The notes below the pieces were generated by a model. That model did no database searches, had not been told where the DNA came from, and saw only the letters and a program-made list of their open reading frames with translations. Both the position numbers and the translations under genes were made by a program. 64,000 nt of DNA from Octopus bimaculoides (lineage: Eukaryota), in assembly GCF_001194135.2 (NCBI RefSeq), contig NC_068995.1, positions 33,776,458-33,840,457 of the forward strand, given 5' to 3'. This document shows positions 53,360-64,000 of the stretch, piece by piece (positions within the stretch are counted from its first letter, which is position 1; each line of letters begins with the position of its first letter).

Positions 53360-53640
53360 TGTATATACACACACATGTATATGTGTGTGCATATATATAT
53401 GTGTGTATATATATATATATATTGTGTGTATAGATATATATGAATGTGTCTGTATGTATATATATGTGTGTATGTATATATACATGTGTATATATGTATG
53501 TGTGTGCATGTATATATATGTATGTGTGTATATATATATATATTTGTGTGTGTATATATATGTGTGTGTGTGTGTGTGAATATATATATATTTGTGTGTG
53601 TATATATATGTGTGTGTGTGTGAATATATATATATATAAA
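53225..53640. repeat. Compound (TG)/(TA)/(CA) microsatellite
   Basis: About 400 bp of mixed dinucleotide repeats. Confidence 0.97.
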
Positions 53641-54164
53641 GAGAACAGAAGTAACACAATGTTTTACAGCAACAAAGCAAGAATTTGAAGTTCAATTATA
53701 GTCCTTATATTACAACTTAGCTCACATACACCAAAAGAGAGAAAGCTTTGTTTTATACTAACATGCATTATAAATTAAAAAGACAGAACAGAACACAATA
53801 GTGAAGAGAAATAACATTTCATATACAACCTACTGGAATTTCTGTATTTGTAATATTGATAGAAACCATGAAGACTACTCTGTGTAGAAATTGTACTAAA
53901 TATAAAAGTAAATATTCTAATTCTTTCTCTGTGTGAATGATGATAATGAGAGGTGAAATAAGTTTAATGGACAGTATAAGTTCAGTGTTAGTTTACAACT
54001 GAACTAACCTAGTTACTGTTCATCAATGTTATGAACTAGATGACAACAACTGTGATCAGAAGTATCTTAACATTGAGATTGGACTGGCAAAAGACTGATA
54101 ATGGCTTCTTAATTTTACTTAAATTAGGTGGCATCCAATTCTTGTGAAGAAAACAATGAGCATT

Positions 54165-54428
54165 ATGCCAATGCTGCTGACTGGTAAAAAGCACCATTCA
54201 AGCATGGCTGATGCCAGTGCTGCCTGACTGGCTCCCATGCTGGTGGCACATAAAAAGCACCCACTACACTCTTGGAGAGGTTGGCATTGGGAAGGACATC
54301 CAGCTGTAGAAACCTAGTCAAATCAGATTAGAGCTTGGTGCTACCTCCTGGCTTGCCAGTTCTTAGTCAAACTGTCCAACCCATGTCATCATGGAAAGTG
54401 GGTGTTAAATGATGACGATGATGATGAT
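54165..54428 (+). mobile_element. RTE 3'-UTR/tail copy
   Basis: Same family as 33574-33853; (GAT)n tail. Confidence 0.75.
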
Positions 54429-55594
54429 TATTACTGTTATTTTATTATCATCATTATTAGTTAGGCTACGAAGAAGGAGCAGTTTCCATTCCCTTCACAA
54501 GCCCTCTGTGATAATTATGAAATTGATGCCATAAATATTGCATTTTAAGTGTTGCAAGTTGATAATGAAAGGAAAAACAAGTGCAGGAATAAACTCCAAA
54601 GAGGTGACATTTTGAAGAGGAAGAACTGGGTATAGCATTTAGTGCAGGGCTTTGGAGTGGGGTTGAACACATGAAGAGTGACCAGAAGAGGGGAAACAAC
54701 TACGTGGAGAGTGCTTGAGTGGAGTGGGGTGTGAAGTTAGTTAGCTAGCTCTGAAGAATAGAGGCTATCACAGTAGGTGGAGTTAGAAGATGTGGGTCAG
54801 AGTCTAGAGTATATCTGTGGGTGAGAGGTTAGAGAGTGTCAGTGAGGAACTTTATGATAATCAGTTGTGGTCTTTCTCTGGATATGGTCTAGGTCTGTGT
54901 GTCTATAGCAGCACCACCATCCTAGATGTGAGAGCAGTACTCTACTGAAAGTTTCACCTGAGCTTCAAAGTGAGTTAATAACTATTGCAGGTTGAAGTAT
55001 TTTATGGCTCTGAATAAAATGGCCAATCTTTGAGATGTCTTTTCTATGCTAAGAATGTGTGTTCACAAAGCAAGATGCTCTGCAAAGTGAGATCTAGCAT
55101 TTGAAAATTGCAAGGGTTCTAATTGTGTGCTGTTTACATTTAGGGAAGGTGAGGTGCAATGATTCATGTATTTATTATAAATAGGTCTATTTCCCCACTC
55201 TGCAATGGGTTGAAAAGACAGCCTTCTAAGTCCTTGAAGGATATTATTAACAGCTGCTGCATCATCATCATAATCATTTTAAGTTTACTTTCCATGTTGG
55301 CATGGGTTGGACAGTTTAATAGGTTACAACAGGTCAGAGGATTACATCTTGCTCTGACATTCCAGTTATCTACAGCTGGAGGCCCTTCCTAACATCAAAG
55401 CTACAGAAGCTGTCTTGTCTTTGGCAAGGCTAAAGAGTCCTCTTGACCCTGTGATGTCTGTATATCTTTTCTAAAACTCTGTAGTAAAGGAGTTATGAAT
55501 GGACTCATAAGAAACTATTCAAACTAGCATTCATTACTTGTAGCAATCTTCACTTGTGAATTCCACAACAAGGATTGGATTTTTTAACCACTTA

Positions 55595-55630
<36 letters not shown>

Positions 55631-55935
55631 ATGATATTAAAAAATTACCCCCATCAATAGTAATACTTCTTATAATGACATCAATAGTATCACCAACATC
55701 AAACATGTTAGAGAGAAGTCTTTTACTAGCAACAGCTAACACAGTTAGCAACACAATAACAATGATAGCATGAAAAAGAAATGGAATTATTCAAAACTGC
55801 TTTGTTAGCTGCCTAGCAGTGATCAGTTTGTATTGGGATGAAGTGCAAAGTCAATTGATCAATAAGTACACACTAACCCTAACATGTCAAACAGGAGTAG
55901 TTTATGGATTATTAGTAAGTCATCAAATGACTTAC

Positions 55936-55952
55936 TTTCATGAGGAGCTATT
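55936..55952 (-). other. Candidate 17-nt microexon AATAGCTCCTCATGAAA (frame-shifting or stop-containing)
   Basis: CCATTTTCACTTTTGTTGTTTTTCTAG| acceptor and AAA|GTAAGT donor, both near consensus. Confidence 0.25.
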
Positions 55953-56479
55953 CTAGAAAAACAACAAAAGTGAAAATGGAATGACAAAATTATATCATTT
56001 ATGTTGACAATGCTTTTAAGTGTTATCCTGATCATGTTTCTTTAACTGAAACACCATCATATGGCAGAATGGTTGCCAAAGAAGGTTGTTGCTTTGATTT
56101 ACTTGACTGGTTTGTCCTTTTATCCATCCAAAGCAGAACCAATGCAATTGATCTAATCAATGTAGCAGTAAAAGCTACCTGAATGAATTTTCTAATGACT
56201 TTAAAATGAGGACAACTTTTTTCAAGTTTTAATCTAGTGGAATGAAACCAAGAAAAACCAAGTGATGGAATCACGAAGTACAACATTTCACCAGCTATTT
56301 CCATTCAATGGTTCTTTTTTTAAGCAAAGGTGTTACTAGTATTACTCAAAAACAATAGTGACAACCACCTCAAAATGCTAAGAGTTGGTGAAGTTATTAG
56401 CAGTGTCATGAGAGATAGTCCTGCTCGATATGTAGAAAAGGTGTTGGTAGAAATTCCATACAATGTACCCAGTGCAAGC

Positions 56480-57222
56480 TATTGACACATAAGATGTGCA
56501 GCAGTATCACAGGAAGGTTACCAGGGAAAACAGCCTTTGTGTGTGGAAGATGTGCAGGTACATTAAATGCTGGGAATGTACAGGAAATAGACTCTCTTAA
56601 GTGTTCAGGGAGATCCTTAGATGTAGTAGATAGTTTCCATTACTTAGGTGACCAAGTTAGCAATGGAGGAGGAAGATATGAAAGCATAGTTGCTAGAATA
56701 AGAACAGTCTGAGCAAATTTCAGAGAGCTTTACTAGGGCCTCTTCCTCAGACTGAAAGGCAGATTTTATAATATCTGTGTATGAACAGCTATGCTAAATG
56801 GCAGTGAGGGAACATGTGAAAGGGGTAGACCCAGGAAGACATGGGATGAGGTAGTGAGGAAGGACATTCAGACTTTGGGCCTTGCATAAGAGATGACAAG
56901 GAATCGAGACTTCTGGTGGTTTGCGGTGCTTGAGAAGACATGTCAAGCTAAGTAAAATCATGGCCATTCATCCATGCAGGATGAGAAGTCCTAATTTTCA
57001 AGCTCATAGATGCTGGTACCATGTAAAAGTGTCCCAGCTGGTGCCTCGTTAAAAGCACCCAGTACACTACATAAAGTGGTTGGTGTTAAGAATGGCATTC
57101 AGCTGTAGAAACCATGCCAAATCAGACTGGAGTCTGGTGCAGCCCCCTAGCTTACCAGCTCTGGTCACACTGTCCAACCCATGCCAGCATGGACAACGGA
57201 TATTTAAATGATGATGATGACG
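56480..57222 (+). mobile_element. RTE LINE 3' end: C-terminal ORF remnant contiguous with the shared tail
   Basis: LDVVDSFHYLGDQVSNGGG.ESIVARIR...FRELL and RGRPRKTW.EVVRKD motifs, followed by the GGCATTCAGCTGTAGAAAC tail and (ATG)n. Confidence 0.85.
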
Positions 57223-57308
57223 AAGTAAAAAATATATATTGAGATATTGAGCAAATGCATGGTTCAGAACCTAAACACAAAATTGTCAAAATGAAATTCC
57301 AGTATTAA

Positions 57309-57529
57309 CCCTTTAGTGTTCACATTATTCTGCCATAATTAATGCTTTTTTATCCACATTGTTTTGAACTAATCATGCATTATCTTGTAGCTATGAGATT
57401 TTGATGAGGTAGCTGTTAATCTTTAAAATGTTATTGTAGGGTTGGTGTGAAAGACTAGATCTGGTCAGTTTGAACATAGAATAGGCAGAATACTTTTGGC
57501 CGGATATGACCGGTTTAAATGCTAAAGGG
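57309..57529. mobile_element. piggyBac-type MITE
   Basis: TTAA|CCCTTTAG ... CTAAAGGG|TTAA. Confidence 0.88.
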
Positions 57530-57622
57530 TTAAAGAACTTGTAGTCTAGCAGCTGTAAAATTTAGCTTGTAATTGAAGAGAATTTAAATTTCCATGAACA
57601 TTAAAACTGAATTTGTGCTTAA

Positions 57623-57841
57623 CCCTTTTGTCACAATATTTCTATTGAGACATTCTGTGTTTACTTATTAATTTTAAAAATAATGAAGAATTTAGTAACA
57701 TTACTTTGTTATTACTAAGCTGGTTTTTAGGAACATAATTAGCATTAAGTTTTGATGCAAGATTTCATTTCAGAATTTTTGAAAACAAGACATTTGTACT
57801 ATGAAACCAGGGATGGTCTCTGGTGGGTTAGAATCAAAGAT
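57623..57841. mobile_element. Second piggyBac-type MITE (degenerate 3' TIR)
   Basis: TTAA|CCCTTTTGTCAC ... CAAAGATG|TTAA; the 5' end resembles the 24012 element. Confidence 0.6.
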
Positions 57842-58628
57842 GTTAAATTAATCCCATGAAAGTAATATGAGAATACAGGAATTTCAGAAAACCAAAGTTT
57901 TAAAAATATTCATAAGTGAAGTTATAAAATTAAAAAAATATTTAATTTAGTTATTTTTAAAACATGCAATTTGGATAAGTGCTATGAGTTAGTTCTAGAG
58001 GATAAGCAACAGCAGGTAGAAGAAAAGGTGTTACAAAATACTTTAGTATTGAGAACATTAAACTTTGTAATCCTTGATTATCTTAACTTTATACTTAAAA
58101 TGATGAAGAGCATGTGTTAGAAAGGGCATCCAACCACAGAAACCATGCCAAAACAGACATGGAGCCTGGGCAGCTCTTCAGCTTACCAACTCTTGTTAAA
58201 TCATCCAACCTATGCCAGCTTGGAAAATGGACGTTAAATGATGATGATACTTTCTAGTCATCAATACAAAAAGTAAATATGAAGATGAGGATTTAATTAG
58301 TTATCTCAGTTCTTTACAAGAATAACTCAAGTGATTAGTGTCAAAGATAATTATTCAATCATCATTTCAGTAAACTTAAATTCCAATAAAATTAGAGATG
58401 TTCAGAAGTGGAAAATTAGTTTTAAAAATGACAGCATAGCTGTGCATTTAAGAAACTAGCTTCCAAACCATGTTGTCTTGGTTTCATTCTGACAGTGTGG
58501 AACCTTGGCCAAGTATCTAATATAGGCCTGTGCTGACCAAAATCTTGTGAGCAAATTTTGGAAATGGAAACTAAAGGAAATTCATCATGTGTGTGTGTAA
58601 CCAACAATGCTACTGGTCGCAAATTGTG

Positions 58629-58678
<50 letters not shown>

Positions 58679-58979
58679 AAGAGAGAGATAGAGAGAATGG
58701 ACTCGCAGTGATATGCTGGAGGTTGAATTTGATTTTTGGATGCAGTTTAAAACAGTGTAGCGGTAAAATCATTCCAGTTATGTAAGCAGAAAATTTTCAG
58801 AACCAGAAAAGAAATTTATCTTTAGGATGAAATGTTGTTTATGTTATAAATGTGAAGTTAACTTGAAAAATCATTAGTAATTGTGATGGCCAAACGTGTA
58901 TGATTTTGGGGGATCTGTAGTTGTGTGTCAATCATGTGTAAGAAAGGATTAGTGCAACATTACTCCTTTGATGTATGTA

Positions 58980-60300
58980 CTGTTGAAGAATAAGTTATCA
59001 TACTTCCATTGATCCACTGGAAGATGTTTCCTAGGTTTCTTTGCTTATAGCAGTAGTGCAGGTCTAGCATGATGGATCTAGGTTGCAGGAGAATGCTTGG
59101 GTGTAGAAGTTTAAGATGGAAAGAAAAATGGTATTATCTGCACAAGAGAGTGTGTTCAGTCCCACATAATGGCAAGCAGTGTCATTAATGGACGCAATGA
59201 AGAACGTGGGAGGCATAACCAAGCTGTTGGCTTCCACAAAACTTGATAGAATATGGGTTAGAATGAGCACCATCAACACATGTTGCAAAGAAGTTTGACA
59301 GAAAACTTTCAATCCATGAGACGGTGATGAGATGGTGACAGCTTTAGGTAGGCAACCTAGCTAGCAGGTTCTCAACCATTTTTTGTCTATGGACTCCCTC
59401 TGATTCCTGTTTTACTCTACTGGTCCCCCATAGCCATTCAGTGTTTAAGAAAATCCTATATAATTCCCAATAATTAGATATTATTAGGAATTATACAAAA
59501 TAAATGTTAAAATATTTTGTGTATTGTAGAAGCAGAGACCAATTTATTGCACATAAATTTTAACAACAAAATCCTATGTGGATTCCCAAGGGCCATGTGG
59601 ACCACTGTCATATATCGACAGAGACAATCTTGCTTTTGCTGAAGTTATGTGATGGAAAGCAAATATTTAGCAAGTCTGGCTTTATCAGAGGAGAAATACC
59701 GAAGAAGCTAAAAAGCTGGCTTTGTAGGTGAGAGAGTGGCTAAGAGTGTTTGGTGTGATTGTATTGATGGGGACAAGGGGTTGTGATGATACTAATTGTT
59801 TTAGAGAAATAAGCATGGCATAAGATTAGGCTTCCATATCATCAGAGTCAGTGCAAGAGCAAAAAGGAGTTCTGAATAGGCAAGTCATGGATGATGTTCC
59901 TTCAGAGAGCAGTGATGTAAGATAGATATTCTCATGCAGGACAAGAGACAGTTGAACAGTTGTTAGTAGTTGGAAAAATTCATAAAGTGGTAGAGATAGA
60001 TGAATTTAGATAGATGGAGATTTTGAACCAGAGTGATTAGAAGTTCAGATGAAAATGGTGTATGGTAGGGAGAGTGAATTCTATCTAAGTACAAATACCA
60101 ACTTTCAAGAATATAGGGTGTGGCTTAGACAGCAAAGAGGAGTTAAAAAATAGGAGGAGAGAGAGAAAAATAAGGAGTGGATTGTGAATAAGTAAAATGT
60201 GGTGGATATAGCCAAAATGGGACTGAAGTTTGTAAAGTGTCTCAAAAATAATCAGTGTTTTTATTGTGGTATAAGTTGCCTAACAAGAATGCTCTGTATT
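58980..60300 (-). mobile_element. Decayed CR1/L2-like LINE, interrupted by a hAT-type MITE (about 59362-59606)
   Basis: PPTFFIASINDT...ADNT resembles the P.LF...INDL...ADD RT motifs. Confidence 0.5.
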
Positions 60301-60594
60301 GATGTTGATTTTTTTTTTTTTGAGGGCTGACCATCAAGATAAGGTGGATCATTTGGATCAAGTTATTAAAGCCACAAATTCTCAAAGGAAATTCCCCAAA
60401 ATTAGATTGAGGATTTACAAAACTCTCAGAATATGGGCTGAGAGAATAACAGATATAAAAAAAATAATGAATGATGTGTTAGTGTTTGCTTTTTTATGAA
60501 TTTACTACAGAAGAAACCTATAAATTTCAACCAATACTGTCTGTGTAAACTAAAATCAACTAAATGCACTGGGCAGTCATAAAAGTATCATCAT

Positions 60595-60945
60595 CATTAT
60601 CAATCTAACATTCACTTTTCTATGCTATATGGGTCAGACGGAATTTGAGGCATGTTTTCTACAATCAGATGCTTTTTTCTGTTCCAATCTACACCTGTTT
60701 CAAAGAAAAGTAATATTTTCCCATGGCCAGGCATGTCTTTGCAGAATCTTGGAAATTACTGGCACTACTTCTATGGATGATGCTCATTTACAACTATCAC
60801 ATGATGTCAAGACAAGGAGAAGCAAACATACACACACCCACATACACAATGAGCTTCTTTTCAGTTTCTATCTACCAAATCCACTCACAAGTCTTTGGTT
60901 GGCCTGGGGCTACAGTAGAGGACACTTGCCCAAGTTGCCATGCAG
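60595..60945 (-). mobile_element. SINE family B copy
   Basis: Reverse complement of the family body and tail. Confidence 0.7.
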
Positions 60946-61743
60946 TCTTTATTCAAATTCACCATGGAGACAGAGAAGAGATCAGCTGGACTATAGTTTC
61001 AAGGTAAATGGTTACTTATGAAATAATAATGATAATCAAAACTATAATCCAGGTGACCCACCTTTTTTCTATCATCAGTAAAATTGTATAAACAAAGACA
61101 GCCATTTACAACTGTCTAGTGCACTTAAATTTAACTAGTTTAAGCATGCAGTCTGACTCAAATCTGCAAATTTATTCTGTAGCACAGCACAGCAATAGAG
61201 ATAATTAAATAACAATAGTTATCTCCTTAATTAGCTTTGTATGCTTCAAGAAATGCAGATGTTTTAAATATTTAAAATAGACAAAGAAAAATCAAAATAA
61301 AAAGAAAAAAAACACTGCAAAGAACAAAAGAAATAAAAATGAAATCCTGCACTCATGAAACTGTACCCAAAAATGAAAGATATTCTTCACAAATATGTCG
61401 TTGGTAAAGAAGAGAGTCTGAGTTGTTAAATAATAAGAGGCAGTCAAGTTATAAGAAATAAAGAGTAAGAAATTCAATAAACTTGAGTAAGGCACTGTTT
61501 GAAATAGGTGAATCACAAAAGAATGTTTGTTAAAGGCGAAGAAATGTATTAAGTGCAATGTACTTTGGTGAAAGAAAATGTCCTTGAAGTACCCATTGAT
61601 GGTATTGATAATCAAAATGAAACTTTCATAGAATATATATATATTTAAATAATAAGGGTGAAAAATTGAATATTAATTTGATTAATAGCAATTTAAAACC
61701 AGTGGCCTAGCATATTGAAAAAAATCTGAAGATTCAGAAAAAT

Positions 61744-62071
61744 TATATTACATACATATAAGGGGATGACCACTAAGTGGACACCCAATATGCTAGAAGT
61801 AGACCCCATATGGTCTGACCACTAAGAAAATTCAGCAAACGCCAGAACGTAAGCGAGCAAGACAAATGAAAAGATACAAAATATAATTAGTCACATAACC
61901 GGGTATGTGACTAATCATTATATTTTGTATCTTTTCATTTGTCTTGCTCGCTTACGTTCTGGCGTTTGCTGAATTTTCTTGAGAATAATCTTTTCTTAGT
62001 GGTCAGACAATATAGCGTCTACTTCTAGCATATTGGATGTCCACTTAGTGGTCATCCCTCTTATATGTATG

Positions 62072-62077
<6 letters not shown>
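61744..62077. repeat. ~330-bp near-perfect palindrome (foldback element) abutting (TA)n
   Basis: The ~157-bp left arm is the reverse complement of the right arm; centre CACATAACCGGGTATGTG with essentially no spacer; 17-nt insertion in the right arm. Confidence 0.93.
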
Positions 62078-62106
<29 letters not shown>

Positions 62107-63856
62107 TATATTTTCCAATTACCAAATTGAAGAAAGGAGTATAATTTTGGTCACAAGTGCAAAATATACTGGTAAAGCAAATTATGAAATACTTGAATTT
62201 CTAAGAAAATAATTTGCTTTTAATTTGTAAACTGAATGCTAAATACACTGAAATCTCTATAATATAACCCCCCCCCCTAACTGATAGAGCTGCTCCCCAC
62301 CTTGGAATAATAATCTGCATTTATTATTTTTTTTCTCCCTTCTATTCTTTTAAGAAAGGTACTTGAAGGAGAGTTGTGAAATAAGGAACTAAATAACTGA
62401 GATTCTCATTGATCACATTCTTTGAAATATTGTGACTGTTACAGTAGATGCCTCTTTAGAATAAGAGAATGAAAATCAAAAAGGTGTAAATATATTCTTA
62501 TAAATCCTTCTTTATTGGCAGTAATTGGAAGAATCATTTGAATGTCATACAAATGTCAAATGTCTTGCTGTACTTAGTTATGGACTCTGAGGTTCTGAAC
62601 TCAAATCTAGCTAAAATCAAGTTTGCTTTCATTATATAAAATACCAGTCAATAGAATAAAGTTACCAATCAAGTACTTGTTAATGCACATGACTGTATTC
62701 TCACCCATAGTCTAATTTAGTTCTTTATGCAATAAGTTTTGGGTGGGAACAGCAAGAGAAAACCATTAATGTTTAATGAGTGAATTAATACTCAAGAACA
62801 TGTTCAGAAACATATATGAATGCAAGTTGAATAACCTACTCGTTAATAAAATTTAAAAAAACCTCATCCTATCCCTATTCCAAGAAATTAGCATGTGATA
62901 ATGATAATGGCTCCATGAAAATTTCTGTATCTTTTTCATACTATTTTGATATTTATTTATCAACTAATAGTTGTTCACAAAATCCCTACTTTAACCTTCA
63001 GAATTGGTAATAACTTAGATTTGTCATTAGTCCTAGGATTCACGAGTGGAGATTAATCCTATTTTCATGATGTATAAGGTTACAATGCTTCCCACTAAAC
63101 AGGGTACCAATCTGCTGCAGGATTAACTTCCTAAGTATTGCTGGGAAGTTATTTACAGCTAAGTAGATTGGAGCATTTTGCTCAAAAACACAATGCACAG
63201 TCTGGTCTTAGAACTGATCTTATGATCATGAATACAATACTCTGACCACTAGGCCACATGCCTTCACTATTGCCTTGGAAATGCCTCTATTTTGAGACTG
63301 CTCCTACTGTGAGTGTTTTCACTAAACGTTTTAAGTGCTAATGTAGTTCTGGGTAAACCTTAAACATATCTCTCTCTCTCTCTGTCTGTCTTGATCCAGT
63401 AGAACACCAGGATGAGGGAGAAGATGGCAGCAGCCACACTGACATTCTATTAAGTAACTTGTCCAAGGAAGAGTAGAACAACTAATTAACATATGGTTAA
63501 TAAAATTTTTAATAATAAAACTTAACTAAATTTTTAGAATTTTCAAGTTTGCATAAAGTTAAGAATTGATAAATTGATGGGGTTCTGAGCTTTGAAAACA
63601 ATACAATATATTGTACTATATAAACTTTTTATTCCAGTATCCAACTTGACACACTACTTCAAACAACTTTCCAATTACATATTCTATTTATATATGCTAG
63701 TAGTCACATATCTGTCTTCCAAGCTCTTTTTATAAAACACATTATATCTATCTTCAGATTACCACTCTAAACTACAGTTTCCAATTATTCTTTTATAAGC
63801 TTTCAAATTAACCTAACTCAGAATGCTAACTATATTCAACAACCATAATTCACTTC

Positions 63857-63926
63857 TCAAGTGTATTGAAAATAACCAGAGTGAAGATTTTTTTCAAGTG
63901 AATTGAAAATAACCAGAGTGAAGATT
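63857..63926. repeat. ~33-bp direct duplication
   Basis: TCAAGTGWATTGAAAATAACCAGAGTGAAGATT x2. Confidence 0.85.
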
Positions 63927-63961
63927 GTGGTTACCCTTAATAGTTACACTAGTCCCCTTAC

Positions 63962-64000
63962 CAAGACAATACAGAATACAGAAATGTCATAATGCTTAAC
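63962..64000 (-). CDS. Candidate exon 3' end running off the window (LSIMTFLYSVLS or VKHYDISVFCIVL)
   Basis: TTG|GTAAGG donor; two frames open; acceptor not visible. Confidence 0.3.

Noticed and set aside
53039-53695. ORFs up to 218 aa rich in HT/YI/CV
   Set aside because: Translation of a compound dinucleotide microsatellite.
1-64000. Hammerhead cores (CTGATGA...GAAA) and C/D-box snoRNA motifs
   Set aside because: The occurrences inspected by eye lacked flanking stems, or came from (ATG)n tails and transposase codons; a covariance-model search was not possible.

Overview
AT-rich metazoan genomic DNA, almost entirely non-coding, with three assembly gaps and many microsatellites. The SINE and RTE-tail repeat families look like those of Octopus (coleoid cephalopod); that assignment is from recall, not from a search. 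The window is mostly the intronic 3' part of one unidentified minus-strand gene. A well-supported terminal coding exon lies at 13374-13559. A series of very short candidate exons lies upstream (11-41 nt, at about 26.2, 45.7, 50.3, 51.75, 53.1, 55.9 and 64.0 kb). The introns are filled with transposon relics: tRNA-derived SINEs of at least 3 families, RTE, CR1/L2-like and R4/Dong-like LINE fragments, Tc1/mariner, piggyBac, hAT elements and MITEs. Best-resolved structures: (1) a full-length Charlie-type hAT (31211-33998, TIRs plus 8-bp TSD) inserted into a LINE reverse transcriptase and carrying a 161-bp copy of its own 3' end; (2) a MITE whose end plus 40 bp of flank has been duplicated in inverted orientation (28536-28903); (3) a ~330-bp near-perfect palindrome (61744-62077). 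No intact transposase, rRNA, tRNA gene or CRISPR array was found. Most ORF-track entries are microsatellite, N-run or repeat artefacts. Repeat boundaries are approximate unless TIRs/TSDs are given.
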